A stretch of 64,000 bases of DNA from Steroidobacteraceae bacterium (GCA_036272515.1 DATAYO010000046.1:1627-65626), one strand, 5' to 3'. Shown: positions 36,690 to 45,632, numbered from the stretch's first letter. Made by a program: numbers and translations. Notes: generated by a model not told the origin, from the letters alone.

Positions 36690-37072
36690 GCGCGCTCTGC
36701 ACTTACGATTACGCGATCGTGCGGGTGGTGCCGCGCGTCGAGCGTGGAGAATTCGTCAATGCCGGCATCATCCTGTCCTGCGACGTGGAGCGGATCCTGC
36801 GGGCGCGAATCGAGCTCGACGAGCGCCGGCTGCTCGCGCTCGAGCCGCATGCCGATCTCGCTCTCATCCGGGATGCGCTGGCGATCATTCCGGCACTGTG
36901 CGCAGGCGGCCCACAGGCCGGACCCCTCGGCGCGATGTCGGAGCGCGAGCGCTTCCACTGGCTGGTCTCGCCCAAGAGCACCATCGTGCAGACATCGCCG
37001 GTGCACACCGGCCGGTGCGCCGATCTCGAAGGAGCGCTCGAGCATTTGATGGCCACCATGGTGCGGCGCTGA
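36686..37072 (+). CDS. DUF3037 domain-containing protein
   Basis: ATGA overlap with the kinase stop. MSALCTYDYAIVRVVPRVERGEFVNAGIILSC...ERERFHWLVSPKSTIVQTSPVHTG matches the DUF3037 pattern. Confidence 0.7.
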   Translation: MSALCTYDYAIVRVVPRVERGEFVNAGIILSCDVERILRARIELDERRLLALEPHADLALIRDALAIIPALCAGGPQAGPLGAMSERERFHWLVSPKSTIVQTSPVHTGRCADLEGALEHLMATMVRR

Positions 37073-37098
37073 CCGGGATCGCGGCGCTGACCGGGATC
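37063..37098. repeat. 18-bp tandem duplication that includes the DUF3037 stop codon
   Basis: gcggcgctgaccgggatc at 37063-37080 (TGA 37070-37072) and again, identical, at 37081-37098. Confidence 0.9.
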
Positions 37099-37125
37099 GC
37101 GCCGCCGGCGGGGATTCGGCGCCGC

Positions 37126-40098
37126 CTACCGGGTCAGGGCCTTGAGCTCGCGAAGCGCGAACTCGAACTCGCCGGTGTGGTCGATTTGCCCCCACTCGGT
37201 CTGCAGGAGCCGCTGCGCCTGAACGCGCTGCCCCATGTTCACGTCGGCCGCCGCCGTGACGGTGGTGAGATAGGTCAGATCGGCGGGCGAATCGGCCCAG
37301 CGCGGCGCGAGCAGGTCCTGGCCGAGTCCCGCGATGGCCGGCGAGTCGCGCCGTGCGATCGCCGCCCAAAGATCGAGCCACGCCTTGTCGGCACCGGTGG
37401 CGTTGCGATAACAGCCGCTCGCCTGCACGCGGCTCCAGAGGGGCTGAAGCTCGGCGGGACTCAAGTAGGGCGCGGTGTCGTCGCTCAAGCTCCGAACGGC
37501 GTCCTGCCATTCGCCGCGCGCCGGTGACGCGCCGGCGCAGGCATCCCCGGCCGTGCCGACGAGCCAGACCGATCGCGCGGTCGCCGGATCCAGCTCCTCG
37601 AGTCTGCCGCTCATCAGCGCCCGGCGGATGTCGAGCGCGCGCTGCACCCGGTGATCGCGGATCACTGCGCTCGCCGCCGAGGGCTCGAGCGTCGCGCCGC
37701 GCGGCGGCCCATGCCCGAGCAGTTCCAGGAAGGGGATGGGCAGCACGGTGAGCGCGGGCAGCTCCTTGGCGTTGGCCTCGAGGTAGCGCAGGCGCGGGGC
37801 ATTCAGATCGACGAAGGGATAGAAATCGGAGTTCGGCGGCACCGCGATCGCATTCAGCAGCGGGCCGATGGTGCGGTTGTCGCCGATCTTGCGCGACGAC
37901 AAGTCGGCGAGCGACTGCACGCCGATGCGCTCGAGCTCCGCCTGAAGCGCGGGTGATTGCAGCAGGCTTGCATCCGGCGTGCGCAATTCGTGGCCCCGCG
38001 TCGCCACGATCAGCACGTCCAGATCATCGACGTTGTAGAGCGCGTAGGCACCGAAGTGAGGACCGAGGGCCTTGACGACCGAGGCCAGGATGCCGAGGTT
38101 GGTCTCGTACAGCTGCATCCACTGCACGAAGTAGCCGTCCGGGGTGAGGTAATGGGTGATCCGGCCATAGAACTCGTCCGAGAACAAGGTCGCGACCCCG
38201 CTCACCCAGGGATTGGAAGGCTCGGAGACGATGAGATCGTAGGGCTGCCGCGTGGTCGCGAAAAAGGTCTTCGCATCCTCGTAGATGATGTGGCTGCGGG
38301 GGTCCTCGAACACATTGTGGATGCGGGCGCCGAAGCCGCGGCGCGCCGCCTCCACCATGAACGGCTCGATCTCGATCGAATCCAGGCTCTTGACCCGTGC
38401 GCTGGTCAGGAGCGTATGAGTCGTCAGTCCCGAGCCGAAACCGATGTTGGCCACCCGCGTCGGAGCCGGGAGCATGCTGAGCGGAATGGCCGCGGCCAGG
38501 ACCATGGTGCTTTCATCGAGGGTCGGCTCTCCCGGACCCATCTGGATGCCCGCGTCGGGCTTGCCGTTGGTGGCAATGGTCACCGTGCCGCCCTTCTCCA
38601 CCAGACTGATGGTGGCGGTCTCGCCGTCCTTGAGATACGCGACCGTCGCTCCTTCGGGAAGCGTCGCCGATCCGGTGCGGTACACGCCCGAGGTCATCCG
38701 CAGCGGATCGAGATTCACGCCCACCGCCACCAGGCCGACCACGCCGAGACAGAGCGCCATGGCGATCCGCGCCGCCGGCGCGACCCGGGGACGCGAGGTC
38801 AGGAGCCGAGACAGTCCCAGGGCAATGTGAATGGCGGCGCCTGCCAGAATCACGCCCTTGAGACCGATGCGCGGCATCAGCAGATGAATCGTCAGCAGCA
38901 CGCCGGCGATGGCGCCCAAGGTATTGGCGGCGTAGATCGTGCCGATGGCGGGCTCGCCGGCCCCACGGCGCATGAGCGCATGCGTCAACAGCGGCAAGGT
39001 CATGCCCGCGCAGAATGTCGCAGGAACCATGATCGAGGCGGCGATCAGCTGGCTGACGAGGTTGAAGCCCACGTAGCCGTCGACGGTGCGCGCATGGGTC
39101 CTCAAAAACCAGGCCATGGAGTCGAAGGTGATGTTGTAGGCCGGCAAGGTCAGGGCCGCCAACGTGCCCATCGCAACCATCACGCCGGCGACGTGCGCCA
39201 CCGGATCCTTGAGCCGCTCGATGCGGCGGCGTACGGCGAGCCCGCCGCAGGCCAGGCCGAAGATGAACGCACTCAGCATCAGCTCGAACGAGTGAGTCGA
39301 GCTGCCGAGCACCAGGCTCAGCATCCGGATCCAGCCGAGCTCGTACATGAAGGAGGCGGCGCCGGTGAGTAAAGCGGCGGTGATCAGCCACCGGCTCGCG
39401 CCGTCGCCGGCCGTCCCGTCGCGGGCCGCCACGGCGCCGGGTACCGGCGGCGGCGCGGGCGCGGGCTCGCTCCGGCCGCGCATCGCCACTCCGACGGCCA
39501 GGGCCAGGACGAGGTTCAGCGTCCCGGCCACGCGAATGGTGCCCGGCAAGCCGACCGCCTCGATCAGCACGAAGCCGCTCACCAGGACGCCGCTCGCGGC
39601 GCCCAGGCTGTTGGTGAAGTACAGCGTGGCGAGCGTTTCACCCGGCCGCTGCGGCCAGCGCCGGATGAGTCCGCCGCTGATCAGCGGAAAGGTCATGCCG
39701 AGCAGCACCGACTGCGGAAAGATCAGCAGCGACCCCAGGGTCCACTTGTAGGCGTGTATCCAGAACGCCGAGGGCAATGCCGGGATGACGGCGGCGAACG
39801 AGAAGTCGTAGGCCCCGACGAAAGCCCGGTGAAAGAGCAGTCCCAGCACGCCGATCATCGCCTCGACCAGGACGTAGGCGCGCAGCAGTCCGCGGATGCG
39901 AGCGGAGCGGCGCGCGATCACCCAGGAACCGAGCGCCATCCCGCCCATGAAAATCGCCAGCACCAGCGATTGCGCATAGGCCGCGTGGCCCAGGAACAGC
40001 TTGAGGTAGTGCGACCAGATCGACTCGTAGATGAGACCGGTGAACCCGGAGACCACGAATATCCCGAGCAGGAAGCGGCGGCGGGCGGCGTCGAGCAT
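37126..40098 (-). CDS. Fused polytopic membrane (MFS-like) / spermidine synthase-like methyltransferase-fold protein with C-terminal helical domain
   Basis: 990 aa. N-terminus MLDAARRRFLLGIFVVSGFTGLIYESIWSHYLKLFLGHAAYAQ is typical of 'fused MFS/spermidine synthase' proteins. Aminopropyltransferase-like core VANIGFGSGLTTHTLL...SIEIEP...YDLIVSEPSNPWVSG. Confidence 0.8.
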   Translation of the reverse strand: MLDAARRRFLLGIFVVSGFTGLIYESIWSHYLKLFLGHAAYAQSLVLAIFMGGMALGSWVIARRSARIRGLLRAYVLVEAMIGVLGLLFHRAFVGAYDFSFAAVIPALPSAFWIHAYKWTLGSLLIFPQSVLLGMTFPLISGGLIRRWPQRPGETLATLYFTNSLGAASGVLVSGFVLIEAVGLPGTIRVAGTLNLVLALAVGVAMRGRSEPAPAPPPVPGAVAARDGTAGDGASRWLITAALLTGAASFMYELGWIRMLSLVLGSSTHSFELMLSAFIFGLACGGLAVRRRIERLKDPVAHVAGVMVAMGTLAALTLPAYNITFDSMAWFLRTHARTVDGYVGFNLVSQLIAASIMVPATFCAGMTLPLLTHALMRRGAGEPAIGTIYAANTLGAIAGVLLTIHLLMPRIGLKGVILAGAAIHIALGLSRLLTSRPRVAPAARIAMALCLGVVGLVAVGVNLDPLRMTSGVYRTGSATLPEGATVAYLKDGETATISLVEKGGTVTIATNGKPDAGIQMGPGEPTLDESTMVLAAAIPLSMLPAPTRVANIGFGSGLTTHTLLTSARVKSLDSIEIEPFMVEAARRGFGARIHNVFEDPRSHIIYEDAKTFFATTRQPYDLIVSEPSNPWVSGVATLFSDEFYGRITHYLTPDGYFVQWMQLYETNLGILASVVKALGPHFGAYALYNVDDLDVLIVATRGHELRTPDASLLQSPALQAELERIGVQSLADLSSRKIGDNRTIGPLLNAIAVPPNSDFYPFVDLNAPRLRYLEANAKELPALTVLPIPFLELLGHGPPRGATLEPSAASAVIRDHRVQRALDIRRALMSGRLEELDPATARSVWLVGTAGDACAGASPARGEWQDAVRSLSDDTAPYLSPAELQPLWSRVQASGCYRNATGADKAWLDLWAAIARRDSPAIAGLGQDLLAPRWADSPADLTYLTTVTAAADVNMGQRVQAQRLLQTEWGQIDHTGEFEFALRELKALTR

Positions 40099-40124
40099 TC
40101 GGCATCTTAAGCTGCCCAGCCGAT

Positions 40125-40200
40125 GCTGCGTTGCCGTTAACGGGCTGCGTTGCCGTTAACGGGCTGCGTTGCCGTTAACGGGCTGCGTTGCCGTTAAAGG
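40125..40200. repeat. Four tandem 19-bp repeats, each carrying the 10-bp palindrome CCGTTAACGG, in a divergent promoter region
   Basis: gctgcgttgccgttaacgg at 40125, 40144 and 40163; the fourth copy (40182) ends in aaagg. The array lies between gene starts 40098 (minus) and 40359 (plus). Confidence 0.9.
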
Positions 40201-40358
40201 CGAGGCAATGCCCTGTAGGATCCGATTGCCCGCCATTTCACATTGTGTTGATATGGATGCTCTGTGCAGCAGAAGGGGGAATCCAGGCACCTGCGCTCAA
40301 ACTTCGCGTCCCCTGCATTTCAGAACCAACCGCGAGCCCGAGTCGCACGGAGATCTCG

Positions 40359-43300
40359 ATGAGCGAGTCGGAGCTGGGGGACGCCACCGCCCCAACCCCA
40401 GCGGGCGATGCGAAGGATATTTCAGCCCCGGCCGATTTTAGCTCGCGCGCGACGCTGCCTTTTCCGGTCGTGGGGATCGGCGCCTCGGCCGGCGGCATCG
40501 AGGCCTTGCGGCGCTTTTTCTCGAAGGCCTCCGCCACGAGCGGTATGGCGTATGTCGTCATCCTGCATCTATCGCCCGATCACGAAAGCTTGATGGCGGA
40601 GATTTTAGGGCGCAGCGCCCCGATGCCGGTGCATCAGATCGAGGACGGCACGCGCATCGAGCCCAACCACGCGTACGTCATCCGCCCGGGACATACCGTC
40701 ACCTTGGAAGGCGATCGGCTCTTCTTGGGCGTGCCTTTGCAGCAGCGGGGCCACCGCCGCCCGGTGGACGATTTCTTCAGGTCGCTCGCCAAGGTGCAGC
40801 AAGAGAAGGCCATCGCGGTCGTCCTGTCCGGGATGGGCACCAACGGCACCGCCGGTGCACAGGCGATCAAGGCCGCGGGGGGCTTGTGCGTGGCCCAAAA
40901 TCCGGAGGAAGCGGAATTTCCCAGCATGGCGCGAAGCCTCATCCATGCAGGCTATGCCGATAAGGTCCTCGACATCGAGCAGATCCCCGCGTTCCTGCAG
41001 CGCTTCGTGCATCATCCCTATCTGCAACTCGATCGGATCGGCGGGCGGCAGGCGGCGCAAGAGCTCGAGTTTCATCGCGAGCGGCTGCAGGAGGTCTTGG
41101 CCCTGGTGCGCATTCGCACGGGACATGACTTCGCTCCTTACAAGACTCCCACGGTGGTGCGGCGAATTCAGCGTCGCATGGGGGTGACGGGATCGAAGGA
41201 GATCAAGTCCTACCTGGAATTCCTCAAGTCTCATGGCGCCGAAGCCGAGGCCCTCGCCAACGATTTGATGATCAACGTGACCGGATTTTTTCGCGACGCG
41301 GATGCGTGGGAGGCGTTGCGGACCGCAGTCATCCGCCCGATGGTTGAAAGCCGGGGGACGAACGAGCCGATTCGCGCCTGGGTCGCCGCGTGCGCGAGCG
41401 GTGAGGAGGCCTACACGCTTGCCATGGTGATTTCGGAAGAAGCGGCACGGCTGCACAAGAAACTCGAAGTGAAGATTTTTGCGACCGATACGGCCGACAA
41501 GGCTCTCGGCTTTGCGCGCGCCGGCATCTATCCCGGCGGCATCGAAGCGGACTTCACGCCGGAGCGCCTTGCGCGATTCTTCGACAAGGACGAGCACACC
41601 TACCGGATCAAGAAGGAGATCCGCGAGCAGGTGGTGTTCGCACCTCAGGATGTGCTGCGCGATCCGCCCTTCTCCCGCGTCGATGTGGTGACGTGCCGAA
41701 ACTTGCTCATTTACCTGGAGGCCGGCGCGCAGCGCCGCGCTCTCACCCTGATGCATTTCGCTCTCCTGGATGGCGGCTATCTCTTCCTGGGCAATGCCGA
41801 AACGTTGGGTCAGGCGGAAGATCTCTTCGAGGTAGTGAGCAAGCGCTGGCGCATCTACCGGCGCACCGGCCCCGCTCAACATCGCGTCGTGGACCTGGCA
41901 GCGCTCCGCGTCCCGGCATTTCGGGCGCTTCCAGGTGTTCCCGAGCCCGTCGCTTCGCCACGCCCGGCCGCAACGGTCGCTCTGCAGCTGGCGCTGCTGG
42001 AGGCGACCGCGCCGGCGACCGCCCTCGTCGATGGCAACGAGCGCCTCGTGTATTTCCAGGGATCGGCCGAACCCTACCTCACGCATCCTTCCGGGGAGAT
42101 CAGCATGAGCCTGCTCGACTCGGTGCGAGCATCGTTGCGGCCGGTGGTGAGGACTGCCTTGCGTCAAGCCATCGCGGAGAAGCGCGCGGTCCGGATCGAA
42201 CAAGCGCTCGTTGGCGAGAGCGGCGGTCTCATCCGCATCACGGCGGCGCCGCTTCGACCGACCGGCGCCGTATCGCACTATCGCGTGAGCTTCGAGCCGA
42301 TGACGGAGCAACCGGTCGACGTGGTCACCGTGCACCGCCCTTCGTCCGCCGTCGCCGACGAGGCACTGGAAGAAGAGGTTCGCGGCTTGAAGCGGGATCT
42401 TCAGACCCACGTCGAGGCCTTCGAGGCGACGAACGAGGAGCTCAAGGCCTCCAACGAAGAAGTGATGTCGATCAATGAGGAATTGCGGAGCACGAACGAG
42501 GAGCTCGAGACCGGCAAGGAGGAATTGCAGTCGCTCAATGAGGAACTGACCACCGTCAACACGCAGCTGCAGAACAAGCTCTTCGAGCTGGAGGCGTTGA
42601 CCAACGACCTGGATAACCTCTTGAGCAGCACCGATATCGCCGTGGTCTTTCTCGACACCCAGTTGAACGTGCGCCGTTTCACGCCGTCGATCAACGATCT
42701 GCTGACGCTGATCCCCGCCGACGTCGGCCGGCCGCTCGCGCATCTGGCGCAAAAGTTTACCGACGGCGATTTGATCGCCGATGCGGCGCAGGTACTGGCG
42801 AAGCTCGTGCCGCGCGAATCCGAGGTCCTCAGCCACAGTAGACGCTGGTACCTGCGTCGCACGCTGCCCTATCGCACCGAGGACAATCGCATCGCGGGCG
42901 TCGTGATCACCTTCATCGACATCACCGCACGCAAACAGGCCGAGCAGGCAATTCTTACGGTCCAGGAGCGCCTGCAGGCGGCGATCGAGCAGATGCCCGC
43001 CGCGGTACTGATGGTCGAAGCCCCGTCCGGAAAGCTCGTGCTCGCCAATCGCCAGGCCGCCGCGTTGTTCAACCAGCCCTTTCCGCCGCCCTATCTGGGC
43101 CAGAACTGGGTGGCGACCTATTCTGCGTTTCGCGGATTTCACGCCGACGGCCGCCCCTATGAGCCCGCCGAATGGCCCCTCGCGCGGGCACTGGCTGCGG
43201 GTGAAGTGGTGATCGATGAGGAAATGGGGTTTGTTCGCCCCGATGGCTCGCCGGGCACGTTGTCGATGAGCACCTCGCCGACCCGAAATGCCGCCGGCGC

Positions 43301-44930
43301 ATTGATTGCCGTGGTCGCCGCCTTTTGGGACATCACCGAGCGCAAACGCGCGCAGGCGGTCTTGAGAGAAAGCGAGGAACGTCTGCGCCTGCTGATCGCG
43401 AGCGCCCACGACTATGCGATTTTCATGCTCGACGCGCAGGCTCGCATCACCAGCTGGAACAGCGGCGCCGAGCAGGTCACGGGATATCGCGAGGAGGACA
43501 TCCTCGGGCAATCCATCGCGGTGCTGTTCACGGCCGAGGATCGCGCCGCCCGCATTCCCGAGCAGGAGATCGAGCGGGCGGCGGACACCGGAAGCGCGCT
43601 CGATGAGCGCTGGCACCTGCGCAAGGACGGCAGCCGCTTTTGGGCGAGCGGGGTCATGACCGCGGCCCGTGCTGCAGATGGGAACCCGAAGGGGTTCGTG
43701 AAAATCATGCGTGACAACACCGAGCGCAAAGCGACCGAGGAGCGTCTGCAGGAAGCGCTCGCCTGGGCGCAGCAGCATCGAAACGCCGCGGAAAGCGCCA
43801 ATCGCGCCAAGGATGAATTCATCTCGACCGTGAGTCATGAGCTGCGCACGCCCTTGAATACCATCCGAGTGTGGTCACGTTTGCTCATGAGCGGGAAGAT
43901 CGAGGGAGCCGATATCATCAAGGGGGGCGAGACAATCGATCGTGCCGCCTTGTCGCAGCAACAATTGATCGATGACCTCCTCGATGTCTCGCGCATGGCC
44001 ACCGGGCACTTGCGCTTGGCGATGCGCGATACCTTTCTCATCAGCATGGTCGAAGCGGCCATCGAGACCGTGCGCCCACTCGCCCACTCTCGCGATATCA
44101 GCCTGGAAGCCGATTTGAGCCCGGAGGTCGGCATCGTGCACGCGGATCCCGACCGCCTGCAGCAAGTGATCTTGAACCTGCTCGCGAACGCGGTGAAATT
44201 CAGCTCGACGGGCGGACGGATCGAGGTTTCCCTGCGGCGTTTGAACGAGCAGAGAGTGGAAATCGGCGTGAAGGATTACGGAATGGGCATCCGTGCCGAC
44301 TTCCTGCCGCATGTGTTCGATCGCTTTCGCCAGGCGGAGGCCGGTGCGGATCGCCGCTATAACGGCTTGGGACTGGGTCTTGCCATCGCCCATCAGCTCG
44401 TGGAGCTGCACGGGGGCGCCATCAGTGCGCACTCCGCCGCCGAGGGACAGGGCGCGACCTTCATCATCGATCTACCCCTCCAGAGGCGCTACCCCGCGAT
44501 TGAACCCGAAGCGGCGACACGAGAGATCAAGAATGGGAATGATTTGCGTGGCCTCGAGGTGCTGCTGGTCGAGGATGACACGTTGACGCGCGAGGCGACG
44601 CAGCGGCTCCTCGAACAATGTGGTGCTCAAGTGCGCGCCGTGAACTCGGCCTCGCGGGCCCGCGAGGCCTTCGAAATTCGCCCTCCCAATCTGATCGTGG
44701 CGGATATCGGCATGCCCGGAGAGGATGGCAATGCGTTTCTGAAATGGTTGCGCCAAATCGAACAGGAACAGGGTTCTTCCCGCGTACCGGCAGTCGCGGT
44801 CACCGCCTTTGCCCGAGCCGAAGATCGGGAACGCAGCCTGAAGGCAGGGTTTGACGATCATTTGCCGAAGCCGGTCGATCCGGACCGGCTGATCCGCGTG
44901 CTGGCACAGCTCGCCGCCAAAGCCCGGTAA
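40359..44930 (+). CDS. CheB methylesterase - CheR methyltransferase - coiled coil/PAS x3 - HisKA - HATPase - receiver fusion (hybrid sensor kinase)
   Basis: Start at ATG 40359 (MSESELGD...). CheB-type PVVGIGASAGGIEAL...VLSGMGTNGTAG. CheR-type RAWVAACASGEEAYTLAM...CRNLLIYL. Leu-zipper-like NEELKASNEEVMSINEELRSTNEELETGKEELQSLNEEL. H-box STVSHELRTPLNTI. G-box GLGLGLAIAHQLVELHGG. Receiver LLVEDD...ADIGMPGEDG...KP. Confidence 0.9.
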   Translation: MSESELGDATAPTPAGDAKDISAPADFSSRATLPFPVVGIGASAGGIEALRRFFSKASATSGMAYVVILHLSPDHESLMAEILGRSAPMPVHQIEDGTRIEPNHAYVIRPGHTVTLEGDRLFLGVPLQQRGHRRPVDDFFRSLAKVQQEKAIAVVLSGMGTNGTAGAQAIKAAGGLCVAQNPEEAEFPSMARSLIHAGYADKVLDIEQIPAFLQRFVHHPYLQLDRIGGRQAAQELEFHRERLQEVLALVRIRTGHDFAPYKTPTVVRRIQRRMGVTGSKEIKSYLEFLKSHGAEAEALANDLMINVTGFFRDADAWEALRTAVIRPMVESRGTNEPIRAWVAACASGEEAYTLAMVISEEAARLHKKLEVKIFATDTADKALGFARAGIYPGGIEADFTPERLARFFDKDEHTYRIKKEIREQVVFAPQDVLRDPPFSRVDVVTCRNLLIYLEAGAQRRALTLMHFALLDGGYLFLGNAETLGQAEDLFEVVSKRWRIYRRTGPAQHRVVDLAALRVPAFRALPGVPEPVASPRPAATVALQLALLEATAPATALVDGNERLVYFQGSAEPYLTHPSGEISMSLLDSVRASLRPVVRTALRQAIAEKRAVRIEQALVGESGGLIRITAAPLRPTGAVSHYRVSFEPMTEQPVDVVTVHRPSSAVADEALEEEVRGLKRDLQTHVEAFEATNEELKASNEEVMSINEELRSTNEELETGKEELQSLNEELTTVNTQLQNKLFELEALTNDLDNLLSSTDIAVVFLDTQLNVRRFTPSINDLLTLIPADVGRPLAHLAQKFTDGDLIADAAQVLAKLVPRESEVLSHSRRWYLRRTLPYRTEDNRIAGVVITFIDITARKQAEQAILTVQERLQAAIEQMPAAVLMVEAPSGKLVLANRQAAALFNQPFPPPYLGQNWVATYSAFRGFHADGRPYEPAEWPLARALAAGEVVIDEEMGFVRPDGSPGTLSMSTSPTRNAAGALIAVVAAFWDITERKRAQAVLRESEERLRLLIASAHDYAIFMLDAQARITSWNSGAEQVTGYREEDILGQSIAVLFTAEDRAARIPEQEIERAADTGSALDERWHLRKDGSRFWASGVMTAARAADGNPKGFVKIMRDNTERKATEERLQEALAWAQQHRNAAESANRAKDEFISTVSHELRTPLNTIRVWSRLLMSGKIEGADIIKGGETIDRAALSQQQLIDDLLDVSRMATGHLRLAMRDTFLISMVEAAIETVRPLAHSRDISLEADLSPEVGIVHADPDRLQQVILNLLANAVKFSSTGGRIEVSLRRLNEQRVEIGVKDYGMGIRADFLPHVFDRFRQAEAGADRRYNGLGLGLAIAHQLVELHGGAISAHSAAEGQGATFIIDLPLQRRYPAIEPEAATREIKNGNDLRGLEVLLVEDDTLTREATQRLLEQCGAQVRAVNSASRAREAFEIRPPNLIVADIGMPGEDGNAFLKWLRQIEQEQGSSRVPAVAVTAFARAEDRERSLKAGFDDHLPKPVDPDRLIRVLAQLAAKAR

Positions 44931-45032
44931 GGCCGGACACTCCCAAACCCCTTTGCCCATGCTCCCTGGACGCCGGGGAGCGATTCCGTGCGCGCGCCCA
45001 GCCGGCGGGCCTCCCATAGCCCGCGCCTGCCC

Positions 45033-45061
45033 TTGACAAAGGGGCCGTTGCGTGGATAATA
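45033..45061 (+). promoter_or_regulatory. Near-consensus sigma-70-type promoter upstream of the marR-efflux operon
   Basis: TTGACA (45033-45038), 16-nt spacer, GATAAT (45055-45060). It is followed by three GCA(G/C)TAA(A/C)TG boxes (45071, 45101, 45116) that could be MarR operator elements. Confidence 0.4.
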
Positions 45062-45122
45062 GCTGCCAAAGCAGTAACTGTATTAACAATAAATGTTTAG
45101 GCAGTAAATGCCGAGGCACTAA

Positions 45123-45632
45123 ATGTCCAAGCAGCATTATCACGCATCGACCTACCGGGCGCAGAGCAGCGTCGGCTATCTCATCAAGCGCGCCCATTCG
45201 ATGATGCTCGATGTGCTTGAGCAGGTATTCGCCGAGCAGGGCTTCACGTACATCCAATACGTGATCCTGGCGGGGCTCAGGGATGGCATCGCCGTCAACC
45301 CGACGGACATCTGCCGCCAGTTCCGCCACGACAGCGGCGCGCTGACCCGGGTCATCGACCAGCTCGAGGAGCGCGGCCTGCTCGAGCGGGTGCGGCGTGA
45401 CCGGGATCGGCGCAAGGTCGAGCTGCAGCTCACCGAGCCCGGCCGCGCGAAGGTCGAGAGCCTGATCCCGCTGGTGGTCGAGAAGCTCAACCTCGCGCTC
45501 GTGGACTTCTCCAGCGAGGAGGTGCAGGAATTCCTGCGCCTGCTGCTCAAGCTCAATGCCCGGATGGAGTCGACGCTCGATGCCAAACCCGGCACCGGCG
45601 ATGCCAAAGCGGCTACCGGCACGGAGAACTAG
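45123..45632 (+). CDS. MarR family transcriptional regulator
   Basis: VGYLIKRAHSMMLDVLEQVFAEQGFTYIQYVILAGL...DSGALTRVIDQLEERGLLERVRRDRDRRKVELQLTEPG. Confidence 0.9.
   Translation: MSKQHYHASTYRAQSSVGYLIKRAHSMMLDVLEQVFAEQGFTYIQYVILAGLRDGIAVNPTDICRQFRHDSGALTRVIDQLEERGLLERVRRDRDRRKVELQLTEPGRAKVESLIPLVVEKLNLALVDFSSEEVQEFLRLLLKLNARMESTLDAKPGTGDAKAATGTEN

Noticed and set aside
35121-40200. The possibility that the 18-20 bp tandem repeats (35121-35220, 37063-37098, 40125-40200) are CRISPR arrays.
   Set aside because: The repeats are directly abutting with no spacers, the units are too short, and no cas genes are present.
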